From assembly GCA_004764695.1 (NCBI GenBank), contig SMSO01000031.1:3882436-3946435 (forward strand): a stretch of DNA of 64,000 nucleotides. Direction: 5' to 3'. The notes below the pieces were generated by a model. That model searched no databases, was not told the DNA's origin, and was given only the letters and a program-made list of their open reading frames with translations. This stretch comes from Schizochytrium sp. TIO01. Taxonomy: Eukaryota; Protista; Bigyra: Labyrinthulomycetes. How positions within the stretch are numbered: the first letter of the stretch is position 1; each line of letters opens with the position of its first letter. A program made the position numbers and the translations under genes. This document shows, in pieces, positions 31,101 to 40,007 of the stretch.

Positions 31101-33544
31101 AACTGGGATTCTAAACCGGTTGATTGTATTGGAAAGTTCACGCTCTGAGACAACGGAATGGACACAAGCTGTCCCACAAAAGCTGATAGTGATACATACT
31201 GTGCAGAGTATCCCGGGGCAGTAACATTCAACTTTGCATTAAATTCACCTGTAAAGTAAGGTCTGATGCTGATTTCAACTTCACGTCTTTCCCCTGGTTG
31301 TAAGATAACTGGTGAGCATGAAACCTCTTCAGGTCGATTTGATATGAAACGTACCTGAAGTGAGTTTTCTGGGTCTAAATTTTCAATATGTAAGGTTTTG
31401 GAGGCAGAAGCGAGCGCTGATCGTCCACAGATCCCTGGAATGAATGAAGCGTTTGCTTTAGAAGATTCAGCATGCAAAAGACCAAATGCAAGATCATCCT
31501 CGAATAGTCGTAACGGTGAGCCGCCATGGCCAGTAACCTTCACTTGGTGAACCTCACTTCCGGTCCCGGTTACGACAAGCACGTCTTGGTACCCCTTTGC
31601 TTCGCGAGGGCTGAAGAACACATCAACCCAAAACTCTGTTCCAGGAAGTATCAATACTTGCGTCTGTCGTATGGTAAAAACAGGATCCTCCTGCAAAAGA
31701 GAAATTGAGCAATTGCAGGGGACTGGTGAACAATTACGAATGATTACAGGGAGTGATAAAGCCTGGTTTGATCTACGTTGAACAGGCACATAGCCGAAAT
31801 TCAAGCGAGAGTCTTGAACCTGAAGATATGGTCCATGAATTGCAGATAAGCTTAGTCGCTCGCCAGGAAGACCTGCATTTGTGCGGACACGTAGAAATCC
31901 TGCAATACGAATGCTTGCCAGAGACGAATTAGAAAGATCTTGCACAAACCTCAGGAGTATCTTGCAGGAGGCTTTAGCTTCTACAACACCATAGGCAGGG
32001 GTGGCCAGAAAATGTTGACTGGGAAACGTTTGCAGAGAAAAAAACTCTTGTGTGGTACCTGGGTTTGTCAGATAGAGGACTACTTCCTCTTTAGAGCCCA
32101 AGAACGAGATTTCATTTTGTTGAATCTGGAACGTGAGGCCACTTGTAAACTCAGAAGGAAGAGTCATATCTACCTCCTCCTCATCATCATCTTGTAGATT
32201 TGCGTCTATCTGGGTGTCTTCTTGCAGACCAATAGCTGCAGACGTGGCGAAATTAGTTGCTGTGTACAAACTGAGTTTTGAATCTGAAGAGCTGGAGGAC
32301 TCAATTTCAAATTGCGCATGTAGTGTATAGTCGTTACTTCGGTTATTGTTGTCAGAAAAAGACGTTGACCTCTTACTATATCCATGCAAATAGTGATATC
32401 GGCGGGGAATATATCCGCCTTGAGAACTCGAAGTTACTTTACCCCTATTATCTGATCCTTTTGAGATATTTGACCACGTTCTATTGTTATAGACTGAATG
32501 AGGACGTTCAGATAGCGCACGAGTAGAAGTTATTTGATGTTCTAAGTTCGAATCCTGTGTAATTTGGTGTCTTCTATTTCTTGCATGTTCTAATAAACTC
32601 TTAACTTCTTCTTCGAGTTTAGATAGCGTGCCAGAATATTTCACAACATGAGCTTGACGTGCGAGGGTCCGAACAATAGAACAGTCAATGCTAGCAATGA
32701 AATTATCACTTGGGATGTGAAACCAGCGACAGATGAACCAGCTTGCTTCAGTGCATAAGAAATCTGGCATTTTGCGGTTGACCCATTTATTTTTCCTCTT
32801 CACCACAAAAATTTGGTAAACTAGCGAACGAAGAGGCTCTACTATATTTTGCCTAGTTTCGTATGTATCGTCTAGAGATTGTCTTAGAGTTTTCAGAAGT
32901 GCAGCCACAAGCAAAGGGTGGTGCATGGTCCATTTCGACTCTACTAGAATGTCATCGTTGAGACTAGCAACAGTGACAAGTACTTTGCGAGCCTCGTTGA
33001 AAAATGCTTGGATCAAAGGAGATCCGATACCATTTTGATGAGCCACTAAAGTAAGAAACGGCCCAGCAGCTGTTGTAGCGGCAATGGCATGGGGAACATT
33101 CTTCTTAGAGTAGGACGAAATAAATAGCTCTGTGACAGTTGCAATCGAATCAGCTACAATGTATTCACGAAAAGAACCTGGATTTAACTCTGGTACAGTG
33201 AGTCCTAGCACGAGCCCAGCAATGAATCTGTTTTCCTGTCGTTCATCAGCACTTAATATACTCCTCAGTAGCTCGAAAATCCTACTTTGTAGACTTGGGT
33301 CACGAAGTGGGACGCGAAGTTTCGTTGCAGAAAGAGATAAAGCTCTGAGAACAAGTTCACGGAATGTTGGCTCTGGGTGCTCAAGAAGTGAAATCAAGCG
33401 TGAAAGCATCGAAGAATTTATTGCATAACCAGAACCCTGGCACGCGCCTAGAGTGTTGGCTGTATCTCCTGTGAGTAAAACTCGTAACGCATGTTCTGCA
33501 TCGCCAAGGTTGTCTTTAGTAGAGTTCTCTGTCTGACTATTCAT
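22133..33544 (-). CDS. Giant (3803 aa) protein with many tandem ASH/Hydin-like Ig domains, likely ciliary/axonemal
   Basis: Recurrent (L/V)DFG...x20...N.G...P..G.L.PG signatures along most of the length, with a helical HEAT/ARM-like N-terminus. Single 11.4-kb ORF. Confidence 0.8.
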   Translation of the reverse strand: MNSQTENSTKDNLGDAEHALRVLLTGDTANTLGACQGSGYAINSSMLSRLISLLEHPEPTFRELVLRALSLSATKLRVPLRDPSLQSRIFELLRSILSADERQENRFIAGLVLGLTVPELNPGSFREYIVADSIATVTELFISSYSKKNVPHAIAATTAAGPFLTLVAHQNGIGSPLIQAFFNEARKVLVTVASLNDDILVESKWTMHHPLLVAALLKTLRQSLDDTYETRQNIVEPLRSLVYQIFVVKRKNKWVNRKMPDFLCTEASWFICRWFHIPSDNFIASIDCSIVRTLARQAHVVKYSGTLSKLEEEVKSLLEHARNRRHQITQDSNLEHQITSTRALSERPHSVYNNRTWSNISKGSDNRGKVTSSSQGGYIPRRYHYLHGYSKRSTSFSDNNNRSNDYTLHAQFEIESSSSSDSKLSLYTATNFATSAAIGLQEDTQIDANLQDDDEEEVDMTLPSEFTSGLTFQIQQNEISFLGSKEEVVLYLTNPGTTQEFFSLQTFPSQHFLATPAYGVVEAKASCKILLRFVQDLSNSSLASIRIAGFLRVRTNAGLPGERLSLSAIHGPYLQVQDSRLNFGYVPVQRRSNQALSLPVIIRNCSPVPCNCSISLLQEDPVFTIRQTQVLILPGTEFWVDVFFSPREAKGYQDVLVVTGTGSEVHQVKVTGHGGSPLRLFEDDLAFGLLHAESSKANASFIPGICGRSALASASKTLHIENLDPENSLQVRFISNRPEEVSCSPVILQPGERREVEISIRPYFTGEFNAKLNVTAPGYSAQYVSLSAFVGQLVSIPLSQSVNFPIQSTGLESQFELPLKNYSESSVELFITGFEDSPCSAWYQSPTQEATDLRGGATIVLHSQEDATVEIKFLSSKPGLYRLPIRIELVHPHRITYGPWFVTIPCIGKDISGDTRQLGSKRLTYNRLRSLLAVSISHEQPGSHEYDENSEDSEDENEETGFGHGQTGSANTGTDGAEAYCLQLSKSVSYIFGNSSSHERSYGSVTLRNTSSISQPYKVLVSSPFVLRQVRLLEGYVDPHDSLELIIEIDPQLEDTASVPTWGFLSVVYEQHGVIHQYCSCLLQGAATAPVSVRCPEDGLVFQSLYRGEADSRLLRISNQTPHLINLSTRIIQNAETSPFLIIDPERIPTDELSLHVHPWAQLDLCIQFQSHIEGVFAAPVRCTIEYPFTSHEDDTANADVTPLKVFTGMLDASVYSFSSVHISPKVLDFGDISVGSILEQSILLKNSFRYGVQLSLSLEDMGPFEIVQGNFKTTVLLPAPLTNQPSTTANSEQRIPLDFRVNPQAPCRCVRFCQIMPATGNAVPEYLVIRARAGYCNLSSNFGDPTQVYLYSESKTQPERSAESGTCVDFGTISTAEKKTAQLEFVLVNSGSRSVELIDFTTKAPWLKISIQTKPAHALQYPSAPGLCPLQLDQMVEDAVIQALTDKDHEISEGTYRPSRFSDLQLSLTCQSRNVIDWDEIDYQISTVEHTIRREKRSEAFKLLEGLRSNSSAENKTKMRDAETPTSIHERAEPASKEELYAKIRKYTSDLLQPDKLPFYLEPGKEVRIILSIDYEQGSSGHLEENLEIHSEEPGAAAPTIHTFRVAAKFQPALSIDISDIQFGVVASGSTSAKYITIHNIGVANVQWRSHVSFTRARSFETKLIEQTAPPQVENNAEESRISNGFSQKLEQTTEYGDIVDNKFFSLTPSECTIEPGRSQRIKVIFQPNETVLERALTASVGFESCIDGARESKFEWHSQQVTLYGATGAAFISISCGNAGNMESVTEKDDGSFLLDFGCIPIGNRKLVELQLHNKGNLAAEFVIDRNSSQEESRGSQFSSSFNFVPLMGSILPNKTQNISIAYVAAEQGASYSELKILWSTLNDSMRDNIDTVLHTIPVACRGSAGVPQLHVRQSCVDFDQAILNVSNTSLLQIFNYGAAECFVTFDMPCSSLTVEHGPDGIRVPSRGNIWVPIIFRPSSLDRLDDTIVVKMAQDPSVRYEVDVCGYVGIPELSVTPEQALNDLDFDVALVKQTHNRSFTVTNIGDVSLEFHCVFMRPTKEATSREEAKQVRDSYAMGQHRSSAKPGARKSFNQAKQTWLDVFSFPKDFEEFTPEYLTVEPMDGNFATGVMIHFTVSFEPLERERETRALFVIQNRFESIPAEIRGVGGDPLLELDTPLRTIDFGLCEANQEYVQVIHAMNPGNVPYDFSVEPDPSDLTVRSIMLQYAHNTENENRRRGSITSGAGKSRINRRRSSSSTTSMLPEHFTRALGRLGFSIETRGTCEAYGRTPISFKFKSPENSPEAGVGNQRVLSAKVFLRHATGYEQLTLRAKEGFASLELYDNDQTPYLESAVDFGVRAVRQSHRRTILLYNAGKIPALFYVQSKVPREYCIVPRDGKVEPGEYLPLQIAFEPSHSDHIEGVFTVVYNSVKRLTINVAGLGGQGVLEPEFLSQRDRNMQGLDFQLVSTHVLMEKRVLFHNSGQVPLKLVCESTSPYYTIGHIRINDIQSATPGYSAKFALSSGEAERVEDQGSAPMVVARKQRNPSNQSHKKSANLEQKQLAPFRASVIRRPPKQNSNAGLTRQQSKIAIDMYSSAGNEKNGDTVVECALYPGHFVVLRVRLCAEREISYSGLLKIRSEFDSLTVPLRARGGGVKLGHVGDLNFGNIACDHTYTKSIALTNSGSIPTSVQLYWKMKAGSRDAYELARLGVLTATILLKGTTTRLGQLRLWHWAIENVLLLVRDARKMNNFRPLTSAQRNVIWDLDQHHEMFPDLPDIGRTRSSLVSAGSFAKRKLRLTNSASTGLSDALQDLCSRGDAVGSRMEHILERFHKYQEVQLSKQKNEAQDLSEAFRSKLDDADRDAKVLQEFINSSTPGDTKQSNNAEFEDPQQLLERELEESKFSLAHLQVCPKQGTLSERMSMEVNVSLNTSIEGYLDAILVVGSMLPGVEPYEIPVRAEAQEVRIIVDDLTTINFGRQALGETKVIARTFENRGTMAAEFRIRNGNDDLVVEPNEGVLNPGDLVLIEFVYSPSSEGLCVHPILFETNCTAPIVFDVYAGGGYPQLDLDHYEIFDFGRCMVGKTIPKRLRVGNSGNAVLTIKALTFKNSRHSHSVFRKGESWPHSLDSGEPLRIAPSDNFYVPLVFHPHSESHFVDTFTIHTSTGSYTLDLTGSGREAVLSLSVQRVDFVDCIVGNAYKTSFEVSNAGDLTYPLEVSLICSEGNEPKAHKWTVLNDLKVEPQSLSISPFEKRVITVTYVPSKAMEETTDNVRIALSSIYSNFDLPLRLIAGTAYLNVYPPSFNFGHFQATKPAKATVTFENTGTMTFSFRLRRVDPQKAFPFKLSRWEARLPPKESIEIIATFSGPVQSEVQEQLLENFLGEFCEDLFVETDLVGSTSIIQMEGKCDASTLRPSEFAQVRMGPCAVGDLITKCVTIRNYGGYPAELNLAPSFPLKLTPKTITIPGYGEGTFAISWKPMGSYELRGSIKLRSNVGTFDIQVSGLGVYPQFRVLGDTINFGVCSPGTKYQRSFKICNTGKIDLDWSIPAVAPGFEVTPDSGNLEPRQSQDVNVFFKASDVGRFPGDFIVESRGRYKILNVLGIGGTYRVDISPLSGEVNFGATPCGSYCFQEIRLINSGSVTVFLSFDIIKTCLSQARIKVLVDDTTELKPGTVKQIRIGVHPGMVPSNYSFEVKIRTLEETRSIVVFGRGHVIALSSDSQTILQQETLACTFLEEPVVPAFKKHFLASNSIDSDVAHIVAPIQVDDRARLSDLRIQNLEMIDLLSCSSLNTILAPPPPHLLN

Positions 33545-34470
33545 TGTAGCTGTCGCAAATCCAATCCACCTGCAACATTCGAATTAGTTGCCCTTGTGTA
33601 GAGGACCTGCACATTCGGGTTTGAACAACTTTTGGTGGCAAGAAGGTTATGACAGAAGAATCGCGCGACCCGTTGAACCTATTGGTTAGTATAGAGGGTC
33701 TGTAGTATATTTGTACTTACTGGCATATACTACTTTACTACTACCTAGCTAGGCACGATAGTATTTGTTTCGAAATATGGTTGTCCCCTTAATGCTGAAC
33801 AATAGTCACATCATTAGCATTTGCTTAATATCCAGCTTTCAACTACTGTAGCATAACTACCGGCAGCCACTTTCATTTTGTCCTTCTTTCACTATAATTG
33901 TTATGGTAGGTAACTAGTGCTTTATCAATAGCCAGAGGGAATAAGTTTAAAATACCTTTTAGGTTAGGTAAAAATTTAGATTAATATATTCTTCTTTCAA
34001 TACCTACCTAGGTGTCCAAAAAGGAAAAGGTCTATATTTTTTTGAAATTCGATTTCTCAGGTTTAGAATAATAAGAATAATAGCATTCTTTTTTTATCCT
34101 TTCAAGTTAGAGCTTTCAAGCATCATATTCTCATAGACAAGCTTTATCTTTGTAAATATAGGTCCAACAAATAGTTGCTTCAAATATTTATTTCTATAAT
34201 TCCTCGGCTTTAGGCTGATTGACGCATATTCCGGAGATAGATGGCTATAGGTTAGTAGCAGGTATTTAGCAGCGTCTGAAGTGTAGTAAGTGCTTTGCTT
34301 AGAGTTTTTTTTTTTTTTTTTTTTTCGCTAAACAGGTAATAGCAGTACCTGGGGTGGTGTTTAGTGTGAGTGTTGAAGCGAAGTGGCCTTGGTTGGCCTT
34401 TTAGAACCATTTTGGTGCCTTCAAGCGAGGAAATCTCGGCCTAGACACTACGGCGGACACGTTGAATGAA

Positions 34471-35463
34471 ATGCGAGCAAGCGCTAAAGAGCGTGCGGCT
34501 CGCGCAGCTCGGTTTGCTGCGCCAGCACCCTGCTCTGCTAACGAGAGTCATGACGCGCCTAGAGCTTCGCCCAAGGCTGTTCAAGCAGCTCATAGTGCTA
34601 AGAAACGTTTAAGAGAGAGCAACGATGGGCGTACTGGATTCAGTGACCTGCTGGAGAAACCTTATTTACGGTTAACAGGGGCTGTTGATTGGAGCAAGGT
34701 TCGCCCACCTCGAGTTTTGCAAGAGTCTCTCCAGCTTGTGCAAGAAAAGTGGAAAATAGATAAAGATTACAATTATGCTAGCTCTCAGCTCAAAAGTATT
34801 CGCCAGGATCTCACTGTGCAACATTGCAGTGCTGGTCGCCGATGGTTACTTTTATGTATTCGCACATATGAAACTCATGCACGCATCGCCCTTGAATCTG
34901 CTGATCTAAGTGAGATGTATCAGTGCCTGAGTGCACTAGATGAACTTCACCGTTTAGGACAGGAACACCCCCAAAGGTCGTCTGAGTGTACAAAACATCG
35001 AGATGAGTTTGCGGCATATCGTCTTCTATATGCTATCCATACAGAAAATCTCTTTTTTTTCAATACTTCCTCAGAATATTTCAAACGTCGCACTGACTCT
35101 TTAGCTCTCGCTCATGCATTTGCAGTTCTTTCGGCAGTGCGAAGCAATGACTTTGTAAACTTTTTTCGTCTTCATGAGCGTGCACCGTTTATGAGTGCCT
35201 TTCTCATGGATCATTTACTTGATCGGGTTCGACGGCAAGGCTTTCAGCTTTTACTCAAATCAAGTTTTCCAGAACTTGAACTTCGAACTATTCAAGACCA
35301 ATTACGGTTTCATGACAGCAGGAAGCGTCGAAAGGGTGATATGATGCAATTCCTTGGTAGCTATAAGCTAACGCTAATTTATGATTCAACTGTGAATGGC
35401 AAAAAAACTCCACGTGCTATTGACATTAAGGCTCTAAAGAAGGGCTCATCTTCGCAACGTTGA
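34471..35463 (+). CDS. SAC3/GANP/THP3 (PCI) domain protein, LENG8/Thp3-like
   Basis: LEKPYLRLT, VRPPRVL, QLKSIRQDLTVQ, YETHARIALE, EFAAYRLLY. Confidence 0.88.
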   Translation: MRASAKERAARAARFAAPAPCSANESHDAPRASPKAVQAAHSAKKRLRESNDGRTGFSDLLEKPYLRLTGAVDWSKVRPPRVLQESLQLVQEKWKIDKDYNYASSQLKSIRQDLTVQHCSAGRRWLLLCIRTYETHARIALESADLSEMYQCLSALDELHRLGQEHPQRSSECTKHRDEFAAYRLLYAIHTENLFFFNTSSEYFKRRTDSLALAHAFAVLSAVRSNDFVNFFRLHERAPFMSAFLMDHLLDRVRRQGFQLLLKSSFPELELRTIQDQLRFHDSRKRRKGDMMQFLGSYKLTLIYDSTVNGKKTPRAIDIKALKKGSSSQR

Positions 35464-35876
35464 GCGTGTCGATTCATTTCTCGTGGTGTGGTCAATTCAC
35501 GTGTGGCAGTCATTCGTGATTTATCTCAAATCGAACGATTGTGGGTATTAGAGTTGGGTATTTAACAATAATAGAAAGTATCGAAATCTGAATTAAAGGT
35601 ATCATAGCATAATCTTTTCAAAATATCCAATTATGATCTCCGAAATTATTGAAACAACAAAAAAAAAAAGAGCAATTTTGGCGAGGCGCCTCAGCACTGT
35701 AATACAATTCTTTTCTTCTAAAGAAAAAATATTTATTACTGTATTTACCTATTCTCTCGGCGAGGGTTCTAGAGAAAAAAATTCGAAGCCTACATAACAT
35801 GCAAATTCATGCACCACAAACACTATTTTTTGAAAAGAGAAAACATGATAAACAAATGTATAAACTGCGTCATTTT

Positions 35877-37985
35877 TTAGAGTTTCGGGGCTGATTGGTT
35901 GGCACAAATGCGGTCGATCATGCGAAACTGGAACGGGAAGCGCGCATCCAGAAAGATGGGTCGAAGATCAAACCGGTTATCGTCGCATCCATAGCTCTCA
36001 CAATGGACTGAGGGTGTCAATGTGCACATCTTATGGCGGTTACGCGCATACGAAGTAAAGAAGTGCTTAACTTTTGAAGCGACCTCAGCTGGTTCTAGAT
36101 GATCCCATTGAACTAAAAGACGTTTAAACATGGATACTGGACCACATCGAGAGATCTTTCGAAGGCGCCCAAACGTGCTGAGTTCTTCGTATGTCATACC
36201 CATATCGGCTTCATCAGTTTGGGTATGAGTATCAGTAATGGGCTCAAGTTCAGCCGTGGGAGGAGCATCAGCGATAGCACGAAGAATAGAGTAGCCTAGG
36301 CCTCCTTGCTCGGAAGGAGTCGACGCCCACCAAAGAAACTGTTTCAAATCTACCTTTGAGATTCCACCGATGGGGTTCAAATCCGCTGATGAGCAATCGT
36401 ACTTTGTCAAGTAGCCACGGAGGCCCTCGTCAACGTTGCCGCTTCCAAGCACAAGCAGAAATCCATTGTTTCCGCGAACCCAAGGAAGCAGTTGCGCAAA
36501 CAAATAGCTAACCAGCATGCGCGCCCGGGCTTGAATATTTTGTAAAGCTTGATTTTCTGCAAAACTTCCACCATGAACCTTAAAACGAGGTTCGCGACCT
36601 CCGCAAACAGTACGAAAGATTGTGAGGATAGCTGAGATGAGACCATCAATTTTGAAGCTCAAATGGTAGTTACCAACAGAATTGGCCAGGCCTTTCGCAA
36701 AGTCTTCGGTGGCTTGTGAACTATTTGTAGTCCCAAGGTATGCAGTGTGCAGAATTCTGTTCGCGAACTCGCGAGAGTCCTGGGGAACATAATTCGCATC
36801 TCCTCCAACAGCCTTGCGCGCATCTTCAATGACACGCTGATCACCAGCTTGGGCAGCCTTGACGACCATTTGACACATGGCACCTACAATTGCAGCTGTG
36901 GAGGAGGAGTCCGCTCCGCCTGAAAGAGGCAAGAAAAATCCACTTGCGCCAGTGCGGCGTAGGTAATCCCAAAGCCAGACAGCAGGACCGTAGGCAATCT
37001 GCTCCTGTGCAGAATGGTACCGAACAGGGATCGGGCGAGATACCGCAAGAAAGCTGTTCGCATCAGAGAGTGCAAAATTGACGTGCACAACAGGAATGGG
37101 CCGGGCTTTAGCTGCCTGAACTCCACGGCTTGCTTTTGCAATGCGATATGCGCGAATTTCTTCGAGATCAATGACCGCAGTTACAACTTCAACATCACTA
37201 AGACTAAACTGAGAGCCTTGTGCAACAACTTTTCCATTCACAGCAATAAGTGCACAGCCATCGTATAAAAGCCTTCCACCATCACAACCCAATTGGTTAG
37301 AGTACAAATATACACCACCAGACTTCTCCGTAGCACTCCGAATGAGGTCAATACGAGTGTCAAGCTTTCGCAGTTCAAAGTGAGACCCGGATCCATTACC
37401 AAGAATTTCCACACCACCTAACCCTAAATTGATATGAGGGCTGTTCGGAGTGAAGAGCTCCTCGCAGGTCTCAGACGCTACACGAGTATCGAGAGTCTGA
37501 ATACAACAATCGCCGAAAGGAACAGATTGTTGACCAGTAGCAGTAGCGAGAGATGGGCTGAGGTAATGGTCGTCAGCCTCACCGAGACGCTCCCAGCGAG
37601 TGAACCAGCGTGGTTCACGATAATTGCCATCGTCCGCCAAGAACAGCTTAGGACGAACACATATGATCTTACCATTGAGACACATAGCTCTACAGTTGTA
37701 AGGTACAGAGTTATGCAGCATTGGAAGACCAATATCACAGAGGATGTTGTCGGTGACACCACTTCTGAGGAGATCTGCTAGAATTTGGGCAGAGTGTTGG
37801 AAAGTATCAATTTCATGGAAGTGGTCTTCACAGCCATAGCCTGAAAGCTCCAGCTCAGGTCCTACGCGATATGTTGCGCCTGCCGCCTTTGCCTCCTCGA
37901 TTGATCTTTTCGTCCTTTCATAGTTTCCGTCAAAGTCCAAGGCCCATTGGTCCAAGGAGCACGTTGCTACTGTAACGTTCTGCAT
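35877..37985 (-). CDS. NADSYN1: Glutamine-dependent NAD+ synthetase
   Basis: Nitrilase domain (GPELELSGYGCEDHF, RPKL, ETCEEL) plus synthetase domain (LSGGADSS, QNIQARAR, TKYDCSSAD, PTAELEP). Confidence 0.97.
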   Translation of the reverse strand: MQNVTVATCSLDQWALDFDGNYERTKRSIEEAKAAGATYRVGPELELSGYGCEDHFHEIDTFQHSAQILADLLRSGVTDNILCDIGLPMLHNSVPYNCRAMCLNGKIICVRPKLFLADDGNYREPRWFTRWERLGEADDHYLSPSLATATGQQSVPFGDCCIQTLDTRVASETCEELFTPNSPHINLGLGGVEILGNGSGSHFELRKLDTRIDLIRSATEKSGGVYLYSNQLGCDGGRLLYDGCALIAVNGKVVAQGSQFSLSDVEVVTAVIDLEEIRAYRIAKASRGVQAAKARPIPVVHVNFALSDANSFLAVSRPIPVRYHSAQEQIAYGPAVWLWDYLRRTGASGFFLPLSGGADSSSTAAIVGAMCQMVVKAAQAGDQRVIEDARKAVGGDANYVPQDSREFANRILHTAYLGTTNSSQATEDFAKGLANSVGNYHLSFKIDGLISAILTIFRTVCGGREPRFKVHGGSFAENQALQNIQARARMLVSYLFAQLLPWVRGNNGFLLVLGSGNVDEGLRGYLTKYDCSSADLNPIGGISKVDLKQFLWWASTPSEQGGLGYSILRAIADAPPTAELEPITDTHTQTDEADMGMTYEELSTFGRLRKISRCGPVSMFKRLLVQWDHLEPAEVASKVKHFFTSYARNRHKMCTLTPSVHCESYGCDDNRFDLRPIFLDARFPFQFRMIDRICANQSAPKL

Positions 37986-38338
37986 GTCTGGGTCTCCTTG
38001 CTTAACGCCCAGAGAAATCTGGGTTTCGTATCCCAGCTCTTCTTCTGCTCTCCCTTTCTCCGCGTCTTCCTCACTGCAAGAAAGATCGCAATTTGTTCTT
38101 GGTCTGCTGCAAGAACAGACGTCTTATGTTTCCTCACATGCAACGTCATAGATTTCCCATTACTAGTATTTGCTATGTAGTTCTGTATTAAAAAAGAAGG
38201 AAGCCTGCCTGGGTTTATATTCTAAATAGGAATGGCAGCCTTCGCCTATAATAACATGAAAGAAAAAAAGCCCTTAGAGGTACTACTTACATGCCTCACC
38301 TACTATATATCTACTACCTAGCAAGGCAAGTCATCATT

Positions 38339-38445
38339 GAGGCAACTCCTATCAGTCCCTTGATTTGGGTAGAATTCCATGCCTCATGTAAAACAATCAT
38401 TCATTGAGCAATAGTGCTATAGGATTTTAACTTGAGTTTTTACCG
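38339..38445. repeat. Inverted pair of dispersed-repeat copies
   Basis: GTCCCTTGATTTGGGTAGAA...AAAACAATCATTC (+), then TTTTAACTTGAGTTTTTACC (-). Confidence 0.6.
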
Positions 38446-38758
38446 GCTTAATAAGACGATACCAGTAACATGGCATTGGTAAGAATGGCCCAGTACTGGA
38501 TACCATTAGTTTTGACTAGAATGTATCCTCAAGTTAGACGATGGAGTGATCATCTACCTGCCACTGATTAGAATGCCATTCTCCTTTTGAGATTTTTCTA
38601 CTATAGTATTCCAATAACTGTTCTAGTATCGAAGTATTTACGACCTGCTACACTTTACTTGGATCATCACTCGAGTAAAACATATGTCTCTCTGTAACGA
38701 CATTATGACTGACGAAAGGCATGAGACTAGCTTTTGCAGCTCCCGAGACTGGCGGTGC

Positions 38759-38763
<5 letters not shown>

Positions 38764-38829
<66 letters not shown>
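38764..38829 (+). repeat. (ATT)n microsatellite
   Basis: About 22 ATT units by direct inspection. Confidence 0.95.
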
Positions 38830-38830
<1 letters not shown>

Positions 38831-39957
38831 AAATAATTGGTGCGCATTAACTCTTTTTGGTTTACATTCTCCTTTTTCAGATTTCGAGACACCATTTCCT
38901 TTTTACATAGAATAAAGATCTTATACCCGTTCATAAATGAGGTTCATGAATTAATTAAAAAACCTCTTATTTATCTATTTGAGGAATAGTCCTTTGAGAA
39001 TATGTACTTCAGGGTGTCATACTGCTCGTGATGCTCTAACTTTTACATTCAAGAGAAGTTTGAATGTCTCAGAATAGCTTTGCGAGCTAATTAGCGGAAA
39101 AAGTTAATTGACGCTACATTTTAAACTTAGATATCATAAGCTATCATCTATTTCTATGCTAGGTAGTTATTGCAGCCAAAAACCAAGGTTGTTCAACCCG
39201 TGCAGATAAGAGCAAGTATTGCATATCAGTAGAGCAACTTATCGTACTTGGTGGCGAGGGATGTCTGCAGCAATCATATTTTACCATAGGCCTAGGCCAA
39301 TTTAAATGGCATTCAGATATTCTAAATCTGGGTCTAAAAGCAATGAGTGAAGACAAGGGCCACCTAGATCAAAGCCGCGCAACCTCACATTTTCATTTTC
39401 ATTCCAGTGGAATTATAAGAAATCCTTAGGTCTATTCTGACCTCTTTATAATTAGAGTTTACCATTTCTTCGTTTCTTGGAATGGGTGCTTATTAAAAAA
39501 AGAAAAAAAGTCAATGTGTTGAGAACACCTACGACTCATGAAAAATTTACCCGTTCTTATTACAACGAAATCGTTAATTATTTGGTCTTCATGCTAGTTG
39601 GCGAATCGCCCACAAGTTGACTTCACTATTCTTTTTCTGGTTTGCTCATTTATATTTCGATCGAAGAACACATTTTTGAAAGAAAAGTAACCACTGTTTT
39701 GGAAATCCATAGGACTGGGAAACCATGGCAAAACATTTTACCATTATTCCTAGAATAGATCCTCAAGGTGACTTGGGAGGAGCTTGAGCAAAGTATATTA
39801 CCTACCTACCTATTTACTACTGTGCAGCTGCGTAATAGGTAGAGAAGGTACATTGCTCTCACCCTTATAAATCCTTTCACTAATTGTAAAAGTAGTCAAA
39901 CCTACTAGTAGCTAGCTATGGTATCATCATCCTATTGTGTCTACCATTTCCCTTTCT

Positions 39958-39959
<2 letters not shown>

Positions 39960-40007
<48 letters not shown>
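39960..40007 (+). repeat. (ATT)n microsatellite
   Basis: About 16 ATT units, followed by A-tracts. Confidence 0.95.

Noticed and set aside
38721-38915. Poly-Ile ORF (also the end of 39941-40189)
   Set aside because: Translation of ATT microsatellites.
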